The notes under the pieces were generated by a model. The model was not told the DNA's origin. It worked only from the letters and a program-made list of their open reading frames with translations, and did no database searches. A DNA stretch of 32,000 nucleotides from Micrococcus luteus NCTC 2665 (GTDB taxonomy: Bacteria > Actinomycetota > Actinomycetes > Actinomycetales > Micrococcaceae), in the NCBI RefSeq assembly GCF_000023205.1, contig NC_012803.1, positions 960,001 through 992,000 of the forward strand, written 5' to 3'. Of this stretch, positions 8,202 through 15,739 are shown piece after piece. Each line of letters starts with the position of its first letter. Positions within the stretch are counted from its first letter, which is position 1. The position numbers were made by a program, and so were the translations under genes.

Positions 8202-10007
8202 ATGACCGCACGCGAGCGCCCCGCGTCGTCCCGCCGGCCGTTGCTGCGGTCCCTGGCACTGACCGCCCAGACCGTCCGCGAGCACGTGACGGATGACCCG
8301 GTGCTGCTGGCCCTGCAGGTCTCCCGTCGACTGCCGCCCGCAGTGGCGGGCGGGGCGGTCGGCGTCCTCACCCGCCTGGGCCGGAACGGCGTCGTGCCCG
8401 CGCTCGGCCACGAGATGCGGGGCGAGCGCGCTGCGGCCCTGGCCGCCCTCGGGGTGGACGAGGCCGGCCAGCCCGTCCGCGCGTCCCGTCCGGGGGCGGG
8501 GAACGTCCGCGGGCTGGTCCACCGGGCCGACGCCGCCCTCGGCATGGGCCGGCCCGACGTCGCCGAGACGCTGCTCGGCAGCGTGCCGGAGGAGCATCGC
8601 GGCGCGGCGTGGACGGCCGCCGCCGCACGCCTGGCGGCCCACCGCGGCGACCTCGGCGGCGCGGCCGCGCTCGCCGCGCGGCATCCCCGCAACCGTCATC
8701 TCGCCCGCCGCATGGCGGGCGAGCGGGACGCGTTCCGCGGCGTCGCCCCGACCGTGCCGACCGAGCCCGGCTACCGCCCGGTCCCGGGGCGGGTGCTGCA
8801 CGTGCTGACCAACTCCCTGCCCCACACCGGATCCGGGTACGCCCAGCGCAGCCACGCGATCCTCACCTCCCTGCGGGACGAGGGCTTCGATGTCGCCGCC
8901 GTGACGCGGCCGGGCTACCCCGTGCAGATCGGCGTGCCCTGGGCGGCACAGCGGGATGTCGTGGACGGGATCGGCTACGCCCGGCTGCTGCCGGCGCGGC
9001 TCGCCCAGGGCCAGGCCGCCCGCATCCAGCAGCACGCCGAGCTGCTGGCCGCGCACGTGCGTCGACACCGTCCTGCCCTGCTGCACACCACCACGCACTT
9101 CGTGAACGCGCTCGCGGTCGAGGCCGTGGCGCGGGCCTTCGGGATCCCGTGGGTGTACGAGGTCCGCGGGCAGCTCGCGGACACGTGGGCGGCGGTGCGC
9201 GGGCCCGAGGCCCTGGGCTCGGAACGGTACCGGCTCTTCCAGGAGCGGGAGGCCGAGGCCGCCCGCCGCGCCGACGGGGTCGTGACGCTCGGGGCGGGCA
9301 TGCGCGACCGCCTAGTCGCCGCCGGGGTGGCCGAGGACGCCGTCGTGCTCTGCCCCAACGCCGTGGGCCCGGCCTTCGTCGCCGAGCCGGCGGACCGGGA
9401 CGAGGCACGCGCCCGGCTGGGCTGGGACCTGCCGACCGACGCCTTCGTGGTGGGCACCGTCTCGAGCCTCGTGGACTACGAGGGACTGGACACCCTGCTG
9501 CGCGCCGCCGCGCGGCTGGCCCCGCACCGTCCCGGACTGCGCGTGCACATCGCCGGCGACGGCGTCGCCCGTCCCGGGCTGCAGGCCCTGGCCGCGGAGC
9601 TCGGCATCGCGGAGCTGTGCGCCTTCCCCGGGCGGGTGGACCGCGAGGATGCGCGCCTGCACCACGCCGCCCTGGACGTGTTCGCGGTCCCGCGCCGGGA
9701 CCTGCCCGTCACGCGCGCGGTGACGCCGATGAAGACCGTCGAAGCCTCGGCCACCGGTCGGCCCGTCGTCGCCTCGGACCTGCCGGCCCTGGCCGAGCTC
9801 GTCGAGGACGAGCGGACCGGCCTGCTCGTCCCCGCGGAGGATCCCGCAGCGCTGGCCGCCGCCCTCGACCGGCTCGCGGGGGACCCGGCCGAGCGGGCGC
9901 GCCTCGGCGCGGCCGGCCGGGAATGGGCCCTGCAGACGCGCACCTGGGAGGCCAACGCGCGCCGCTATCGGACGCTCTACGACCGGCTCGGCGTCCACCC
10001 GCGCTGA
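8202..10007 (+). CDS. Glycosyltransferase (GT4-like C-terminal ~400 aa) with a ~195-aa helical N-terminal extension, 601 aa
   Basis: AGGAG at 8188-8192 precedes ATG 8202. The GT part starts at about 8790 and reads RVLHVLTNSLPHTGSGYAQRSHAILTSLRDEGFDV...WVYEVRG...FVVGTVSSLVDYEGLDTLLRAA...VHIAGDGVARPGL...TPMKTVEASATGRPVVASDLPALAELV. The N-terminal part is Ala/Leu/Arg-rich and looks like helical repeats. Confidence 0.75.
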   Translation: MTARERPASSRRPLLRSLALTAQTVREHVTDDPVLLALQVSRRLPPAVAGGAVGVLTRLGRNGVVPALGHEMRGERAAALAALGVDEAGQPVRASRPGAGNVRGLVHRADAALGMGRPDVAETLLGSVPEEHRGAAWTAAAARLAAHRGDLGGAAALAARHPRNRHLARRMAGERDAFRGVAPTVPTEPGYRPVPGRVLHVLTNSLPHTGSGYAQRSHAILTSLRDEGFDVAAVTRPGYPVQIGVPWAAQRDVVDGIGYARLLPARLAQGQAARIQQHAELLAAHVRRHRPALLHTTTHFVNALAVEAVARAFGIPWVYEVRGQLADTWAAVRGPEALGSERYRLFQEREAEAARRADGVVTLGAGMRDRLVAAGVAEDAVVLCPNAVGPAFVAEPADRDEARARLGWDLPTDAFVVGTVSSLVDYEGLDTLLRAAARLAPHRPGLRVHIAGDGVARPGLQALAAELGIAELCAFPGRVDREDARLHHAALDVFAVPRRDLPVTRAVTPMKTVEASATGRPVVASDLPALAELVEDERTGLLVPAEDPAALAAALDRLAGDPAERARLGAAGREWALQTRTWEANARRYRTLYDRLGVHPR

Positions 10008-10013
10008 TACAGT
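10005..10013 (+). promoter_or_regulatory. Candidate extended -10 element TGATACAGT (TGn + TACAGT) for the sugar-modification operon
   Basis: It lies at the start of the 112-bp gap before ATG 10120 and overlaps the stop codon of the upstream GT. It is one of the few A/T-containing hexamers in that gap. Confidence 0.3.
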
Positions 10014-10119
10014 GACGCGGGCGCCGGGTCTCCCGCACTCTCGTGTTCCGGAGGCCTCCTCGACGCCCGCCCGACGCTCGCCGCGTGGGGCCCGTGCACG
10101 GAAGGAAGACTGGACCCGC

Positions 10120-11430
10120 ATGAAGATCGCCGTCGTCGCCCTGGGCAAGATCGGCCTGCCGCTGGCCGTGCAGTTCGCAAGCAAGGGACACGAGGTGGTC
10201 GGCGTAGACGTCAACGCCGCCGTCGTGGACCTGGTCAACGCGGGGACCGAGCCCTTCCCGGGCGAGGCCCACCTCCAGGAGAAGCTCTCGTCCGCGGTGG
10301 CCGACGGCCGCCTGCGCGCCACCACCGTCTACGGCGACGCCGTCCCGGGGGCCGACGCCGTCGTGCTCGTCGTGCCGCTCTTCGTGGACGAGGAGGCCCG
10401 CCCCGACTTCGGCTGGATGGACGGCGCCACCACGGAGCTGGCGAAGCACCTGACCCCGGGCACCCTCGTCTCCTACGAGACCACGCTGCCCGTGGGCACC
10501 ACCCGCACCCGGTGGAAGCCGATGCTGGAGGAGGGCTCGGGCCTGACCGAGGGGGAGGACTTCCACCTCGTGTTCTCCCCGGAGCGCGTGCTCACCGGCC
10601 GCGTGTTCGAGGACCTGCGCCGCTACCCGAAGCTGATCGGCGGCCTGTCGGCGGCCGGCGCCGAGCGCGCCCGCGAGTTCTACGAGGCCGTGCTGGACTT
10701 CGACGAGCGGCCTGACCTGTCCCGTCCCAACGGCGTGTGGGACCTCGGCTCCGCGGAGGCCTCCGAGATGGCCAAGCTCGCGGAGACCACCTACCGCGAC
10801 GTCAACATCGGTCTGGCGAACGAGTTCGCCCGCTACGCCGGCGCGAACGGCATCGACATCTACCAGGTGATCGAGGCCTCCAACTCGCAGCCGTACAGCC
10901 ACATCCACCGCCCGGGCATCGCCGTGGGCGGCCACTGCATCCCGGTCTACCCGCGCCTGTACCTGTGGAACGACCCGGCCGCGGACATCGTGCGCACGGC
11001 CCGCGCGGTCAACGCCGGCATGCCCTCCTACGCCGTCCAGCTGCTGGCCGAATCCCACGGGGACCTCGCCGGTCAGCGGGTGGTGGTCCTCGGCGCCGCC
11101 TACCGCGGCGGAGTGAAGGAGACCGCGTTCTCCGGTGTGTTCGCCACCGTGGGCGCCCTGCGCACCCGCGGCGCCGAGGTCACCGTGGACGACCCGATGT
11201 ACACGGACGAGGAGCTCACCGCGCTGGGCTTCACCCCGCACACTGCGGGCGCCGAGGTCGACGCCGCCATCCTGCAGACGGACCACGCCGAGTACCGCGC
11301 CCTCACCCCGGCCGACCTGCCGGGCGTGCGCACCTTCGTGGACGGCCGCAACGTCACCGACGCCGACGCCTGGGCGGGCGTGACCCGTCGGGTCATCGGC
11401 CTGCCGCAGGACGCCGAGGCCACCCGGTGA
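10120..11430 (+). CDS. UDP-glucose/GDP-mannose dehydrogenase family enzyme; by context UDP-GlcNAc 6-dehydrogenase (WbpA-like), 436 aa
   Basis: GGAAGGAAG at 10099-10107 precedes ATG 10120. An N-terminal Rossmann fold reads MKIAVVALGKIGLPLAVQFASKGHEVVGVDV. The central helix reads SEMAKLAETTYRDVNIGLANEF. The catalytic Cys motif is GIAVGGHCIPVYP. Substrate is inferred only from the three downstream genes. Confidence 0.8.
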   Translation: MKIAVVALGKIGLPLAVQFASKGHEVVGVDVNAAVVDLVNAGTEPFPGEAHLQEKLSSAVADGRLRATTVYGDAVPGADAVVLVVPLFVDEEARPDFGWMDGATTELAKHLTPGTLVSYETTLPVGTTRTRWKPMLEEGSGLTEGEDFHLVFSPERVLTGRVFEDLRRYPKLIGGLSAAGAERAREFYEAVLDFDERPDLSRPNGVWDLGSAEASEMAKLAETTYRDVNIGLANEFARYAGANGIDIYQVIEASNSQPYSHIHRPGIAVGGHCIPVYPRLYLWNDPAADIVRTARAVNAGMPSYAVQLLAESHGDLAGQRVVVLGAAYRGGVKETAFSGVFATVGALRTRGAEVTVDDPMYTDEELTALGFTPHTAGAEVDAAILQTDHAEYRALTPADLPGVRTFVDGRNVTDADAWAGVTRRVIGLPQDAEATR

Positions 11431-12050
11431 GCGGGAACGTCTTCACCGCCGCCTCGGCCGACGTGGCCGAGGACGCCGTCCTCGGCGCCGGCACCAAGGT
11501 CTGGCACCTCGCGCAGGTCCGTGAGCAGGCCCGCCTCGGCGAGCGCTGCATCGTCGGTCGCGCGGCCTACATCGGCACCGGGGTGGAGCTCGGCGACGAC
11601 TGCAAGGTCCAGAACCTCGCCCTCGTCTACGAGCCGGCCCGTCTGGGCCGCGGCGTGTTCATCGGACCCGGCGTCGTCCTGACCAACGACACCTACCCCC
11701 GCGCGGTGAACCCGGACCTGTCCCAGAAGTCCGGGGACGACTGGGACGCCGTGGGCGTGGACGTCGGCGACGGCGCCGCGATCGGCGCGCGGTCGGTGTG
11801 CGTGGCGCCGGTGCGCATCGGCGCGTGGTCCCTGGTGGCGGCCGGCTCGGTGGTCACCCGCGACGTGCCGGACTTCGGCCTCGTGGCCGGGGTGCCCGCG
11901 AAGCGCATCGGCTGGGTCGGCCGGACAGGCCGCCGGCTGGAGGAGAGGGACGGCGTCTGGGTGTGCCCGGACACCGGGGAGACGTTCATCGAGCGGGACG
12001 GCGCGCTGCGCCCGGCCGGGCCCGCGCAGGAGGAGGAGAACCATGGCTGA
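11427..12050 (+). CDS. Left-handed beta-helix N-acetyltransferase, WbpD/WlbB-like (UDP-GlcNAc3NA 3-N-acetyltransferase), 207 aa
   Basis: GTG 11427 overlaps the upstream stop (GTGA). Hexapeptide repeats are present (LGAGTKVWHLAQVREQARLGERCIVGRAAYIGTGVELGDDCKVQN...). The characteristic WlbB-type C-terminus reads RDVPDFGLVAGVPAKRIGWVGRTGRRLEE...CPDTGETFIERDG. Confidence 0.85.
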   Translation: MSGNVFTAASADVAEDAVLGAGTKVWHLAQVREQARLGERCIVGRAAYIGTGVELGDDCKVQNLALVYEPARLGRGVFIGPGVVLTNDTYPRAVNPDLSQKSGDDWDAVGVDVGDGAAIGARSVCVAPVRIGAWSLVAAGSVVTRDVPDFGLVAGVPAKRIGWVGRTGRRLEERDGVWVCPDTGETFIERDGALRPAGPAQEEENHG

Positions 12051-13146
12051 GTTCATCCCGGCGGCGAAGCCGCTCATCGGCGACGAGGAGCGTGAGGCGG
12101 TGGACCGCGTCCTGCGCTCCGGCATGGTGGCGCAGGGCCCCGAGGTCGCGGCCTTCGAGGAGGAGTTCGGTGCCGCGATGGTGGACGGCCGGGCCTGCGT
12201 GGCCGTCAACTCCGGCACCTCCGGCCTGCACCTGGGCCTGCTGGCCGCGGGCATCGGCCCCGGCGACGAGGTCATCGTGCCCGCCTTCACCTTCGCGGCG
12301 ACCGGCAACGCCGTCGCCCTGACGGGTGCGACCCCGGTCTTCGCGGACGTGAACCTGCAGACGTACACCCTCGACCCCCAGGACGTGCGCGCCAAGGTGA
12401 CGTAGCGGACCGCCGCCGTCATGCCGGTGCACCTGTACGGCCACCCGGCCCGCATGGACGAGCTCGAGGCGATCTGCCGCGAGCACGGTCTCCAGCTGTT
12501 CGAGGATGCGGCGCAGGCGCACGGCGCCCGCTGGCAAGGGCGCCCCGTGGGCACCTTCGGGGCGTGGGGGATGTTCAGCCTCTACCCGACCAAGAACATG
12601 ACCTCGGGTGAGGGCGGCATGGTCTCCGTGGGGGAGGAGGACGTCGCCCGTCGCCTGCGCCTGCTGCGCAACCAGGGCATGGAGGTCCAGTACCGCAATG
12701 AGCTCGTGGGCTTCAACAACCGCATGACGGACATCCACGCGGCCATCGGGCGGGTGCAGCTGACCAAGGTCGGCGCGTGGACGCGGCGCCGGCAGGAGAT
12801 CGCCGCCCGCTTCGACGCCGAGCTGCGCGGGGTCACCGTGCCGACGGTGCTCGAGGGCGCCGAGCACGTGTACCACCAGTACACGGTCCGCCTGCCCGAG
12901 GAGCTGGCCGGGAAGCGGGCGGACGTGCTCGCCCGCCTGAAGGACGAGTTCGGGGTCGGCACGGGGGTCTACTATCCGGTGCCCACCAATGAGCTGCCCT
13001 CCTTCGGCATCGAGGCGGACCTGCCGAACACCCGCGTGGCCGCGTCCACCGTGTTCTCCATTCCGGTCCACCCGTCCCTGACGGACGCGGACGTCACGCG
13101 CGTGGTCGAGGCCGTCAACACCGTGGTGGCGGAGGCCGCCGCATGA
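12043..13146 (+). pseudogene. DegT/DnrJ/EryC1-family PLP aminotransferase (WbpE/WlbC role by context), interrupted by one in-frame TAG at 12403-12405
   Basis: ORFs 12043-12405 and 12421-13146 share one reading frame (both coordinates are 1 mod 3). Read through, the sequence is ...LDPQDVRAKVT*RTAAVMPVHLYGHP..., which is the conserved (I/V)TxRTxA(I/V)xPVHLYG block of this family. The N-terminal fragment holds VNSGTSGLHLGLLA and the C-terminal fragment holds the PLP-lysine motif SLYPTKNMTSGEGGMV. The reconstructed product is 367 aa. Confidence 0.85.
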
Positions 13147-14129
13147 GCGTGCTGCGCACCGGACTGATCGGCCTGGGCATGATGGGACGCCACCACGCCC
13201 GCGTGATGCGCTCCATCGAGGGCACCGAGCTGGTCGCCGTGGCCGACGCGATGGGTGATCCGCACGGCGTGGCGGGGGACCTGCCCCTCTACGACTCGGT
13301 CCAGGGGCTCATCGACCATGGCGTGGACGCGGTCATGTGCGCGGTCCCGACCGGCCTGCACGAAGAGGTCGGCCTGGCCCTGGCCGAGGCCGGCGTGCAC
13401 GTGATGGTCGAGAAGCCCATCGCGCACAGCACCGAGGCCGGCACCCGCCTGGTCCGCGCCTTCGACGAGGCCGGCCTCGTCGGCGCCGTGGGCCACATCG
13501 AGCGGTTCAACCCCGCCCTCCAGGAGATGCGCCGCCGGATCCAGGCCGGTGAGCTGGGCCGGGTCCTGCAGATCACGACCGTGCGCCAGGGCGGCTTCCC
13601 CGCCCGCATCGCCGACGTCGGGGTCGTCAAGGACCTCGGCACGCACGACATCGACCTGACCGCGTGGCTGGCGGACAGCCCGTTCACGCGCGTGGCCGCG
13701 GAGACCATGACCCACTCCGGCCGCGAGCACGAGGACATGGTGGTCACCAGCGGCCGCCTCGAGTGCGGGGTCATCACGAGCCACGTCGTGAACTGGCTCT
13801 CGCCCGTGAAGATCCGCCAGACCGTCGTCACCGGCGAGCTCGGTGCGTTCGTGGCGGACACCGTGCACGCGGACCTGACCTTCCAGGCCAACGGATCGGT
13901 CCGCACCCGCTGGGACGCGGTGTCCGCGTTCCGTGGCGTCTCCGAGGGGGACGTCACCCGCCTGGCGATCGAGAAGCCCGAGCCGCTGCACACCGAGCAC
14001 GAGGCGTTCCGCGACGCGATCCTCGGCGTCCGGCAGGAGCACGTGTCCATGGCGGAGGGGCTCGACACGCTGCGCGTGGCCGAGGCGATGATCGCGTCGG
14101 CCCGCACGGGTGAGAGCGTCACGCTGTGA
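13143..14129 (+). CDS. Gfo/Idh/MocA-family NAD-dependent oxidoreductase (WbpB/WlbA role by context: UDP-GlcNAcA 3-dehydrogenase), 328 aa
   Basis: The start overlaps the upstream stop as ATGA (13143-13146). The Rossmann fold reads LRTGLIGLGMMGRHHARVM...LVAVAD. The family motif is VHVMVEKPIA, followed by GHIERFNPAL. Confidence 0.85.
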   Translation: MSVLRTGLIGLGMMGRHHARVMRSIEGTELVAVADAMGDPHGVAGDLPLYDSVQGLIDHGVDAVMCAVPTGLHEEVGLALAEAGVHVMVEKPIAHSTEAGTRLVRAFDEAGLVGAVGHIERFNPALQEMRRRIQAGELGRVLQITTVRQGGFPARIADVGVVKDLGTHDIDLTAWLADSPFTRVAAETMTHSGREHEDMVVTSGRLECGVITSHVVNWLSPVKIRQTVVTGELGAFVADTVHADLTFQANGSVRTRWDAVSAFRGVSEGDVTRLAIEKPEPLHTEHEAFRDAILGVRQEHVSMAEGLDTLRVAEAMIASARTGESVTL

Positions 14130-15739
14130 GCGCGGGGGACTGGCGACGCCGCGCCCGCCGGGCCGTCCGTGCGGTGGCCCGACGGGCGCGAGCCCTGCCC
14201 GAGCCCGGGCCTCGCGTGCTGCGCGCCGTGTTCGACACCCTCCCACAGGACTCGGACGCCGTGCGTCGAATCCGGTCGATGGCCGCCCCACCCCGCCGGC
14301 GCGGCACGCCCCCGCCCCGCTCCGCCGCGCCCGCCCGCGACACCACCCCGGGCTATCGCGGTTACCTCCACCTCGCCGACGTCGGGGACACCTACACCTC
14401 GCAAGAGGCAGCGACACTGCTGCAGCTCGAGAACGCCGTGCTCAAGCGGCGCCTGTTCGCGGAGCCGGCGCCCCCGCTGACCCCCACGGGCCACGAGGAG
14501 GAGGACCTGGCCGCCGCGCCGAGGCGGGTCGCCGACCACTTCGCACGGGCGGACGCCGCCGCCCAGCTCGGCGACGACGCGCCGCGACACCTGGTCGTGG
14601 TGGGCGTGTACCCCACCCTCGAGAACCCCTACGGCAACGGCTTCGTGCACCGCCGGGTCAAGTACTTCCAGGCCGCCGGCGTCCGCGTCGACGTCGCGGT
14701 GATCGATCGGTCCGCCGAACCCCGCTCCTACGAGTACGACGGCGTCCACGTGCTGGTGGGCCGGGGAGCGGAGGCCGCGGAGCTGCTGCGCACGCGGCAC
14801 TACGAGTCCGTGGCGGCCCACTTCCTCGTCCGCTCCCTCTGGGAGCCGATCCAGGACGCGCTGGCGGGGCACCGCTTCTTCGCGTTCATGCACGGTTTCG
14901 AGTCGCGCCGGTGGATCCGGACCATGCGCAACCACCGGACCCAGGGGCAGGTGGACGACTCGATCGTCGACACCCTGGAACGCCAGCGCTTCTGGCGCGA
15001 GGTGCTCGACCACCCGCACGGCCCCGAGCGGTTCGTGTTCGTCTCCCGCTGGTGGCGCCGAGCGGCTCAGGAGGACATGGAGCTCGTCTTCCCGGCGCAA
15101 CGCACGGCGATCGTGCACAACGTGATCGACACGGACCTGTTCTGCTTCGTGCCCAAGGACCCCGAGCAGCGCTTCCGTGTGCTGTGGGTCCGCTCCGCGG
15201 CGAACCTCAATTACGGCGCGGACCTCGCCGTGCGGGCCCTCGAGCGCCTGCGGGACACGCCCCTGTGGGACCGCATGCAGGTCACCGTGATCGGCGACGG
15301 CAAGCACTTCGGCCTCTTCGAGGAGGCCTTCGCGGACGACGCGAACGTCACGGTGGAGCGCCGCTTCGCCGTCCAGGAGGAGATCGCGGCCCTGCACCGG
15401 GAGCACGGCGTGTTCCTGGTGCCCACCCGACTCGACTCCCAGGGGGTCTCGCGGGACGAGGCGATGGCCTCCGGGCTCGTGCCCGTGACCAATGACGCCG
15501 GCGCCGTCCGGGAGTTCGTGGACAAGGACTGCGCGATGATCGCCGACGCCGAGGACGTGGCCGGGCTGGCCGACGGCCTGCGACGGCTGATGGAGGACCC
15601 GGACCTGTTCCTGCGGATGTCCCGGGCCGCGGCAGCCCGGGTCCGCGCGCAGACTTCGCCGGAGCACACCGTGGACCAGGAAATGGCGCTGATGGGTCTG
15701 GCGGCAGGCCCGGGCGGGCGAGGGGAGGAGAACGCATGA
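14126..15739 (+). CDS. Glycosyltransferase, GT4-like, with a ~150-aa Arg/Pro-rich N-terminal extension, 537 aa
   Basis: The start overlaps the upstream stop as GTGA (14126-14129). The GT core starts at about 14585 and reads HLVVVGVYPTLENPYGNGFVHRRVKYFQAAGVRVDV...FRVLWVRSAANLNYGADLAV...VTVIGDGKHF...VFLVPTRLDSQGVSRDEAMASGLVPVTNDAGAVREFV. An internal start cannot be excluded. Confidence 0.7.
   Translation: MSAGDWRRRARRAVRAVARRARALPEPGPRVLRAVFDTLPQDSDAVRRIRSMAAPPRRRGTPPPRSAAPARDTTPGYRGYLHLADVGDTYTSQEAATLLQLENAVLKRRLFAEPAPPLTPTGHEEEDLAAAPRRVADHFARADAAAQLGDDAPRHLVVVGVYPTLENPYGNGFVHRRVKYFQAAGVRVDVAVIDRSAEPRSYEYDGVHVLVGRGAEAAELLRTRHYESVAAHFLVRSLWEPIQDALAGHRFFAFMHGFESRRWIRTMRNHRTQGQVDDSIVDTLERQRFWREVLDHPHGPERFVFVSRWWRRAAQEDMELVFPAQRTAIVHNVIDTDLFCFVPKDPEQRFRVLWVRSAANLNYGADLAVRALERLRDTPLWDRMQVTVIGDGKHFGLFEEAFADDANVTVERRFAVQEEIAALHREHGVFLVPTRLDSQGVSRDEAMASGLVPVTNDAGAVREFVDKDCAMIADAEDVAGLADGLRRLMEDPDLFLRMSRAAAARVRAQTSPEHTVDQEMALMGLAAGPGGRGEENA

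Noticed and set aside
5948-8692. A 914-aa ORF on the minus strand spanning the dual-GT 3' end, wecC and the next GT start
   Set aside because: It is antisense to genes with unmistakable homology (WecC blocks). Its translation is Arg/Ala/Gly/Pro-rich with no motifs. Long mirror-frame ORFs like this are expected in DNA with about 70% or more GC, because stop codons are rare.
12403-12405. The in-frame TAG might be programmed recoding (pyrrolysine or read-through) rather than a lesion
   Set aside because: There are no pyl genes and no recoding signal in the window. Pyrrolysine is not known in this kind of organism or enzyme family, and family members carry an ordinary residue at this position. 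A nonsense mutation or a sequencing error is far more likely.
13289-15667. A 792-aa minus-strand ORF, and similar ones at 9709-11286, 9312-10325, 11100-12554, 12972-14417, 15211-16668, 16738-18015, 140-1339, 1246-2481, 2351-3859 and 4448-5683
   Set aside because: All are antisense or out of frame relative to recognisable genes. They lack family motifs and have the Arg/Pro/Gly-rich composition of non-coding frames in high-GC DNA.
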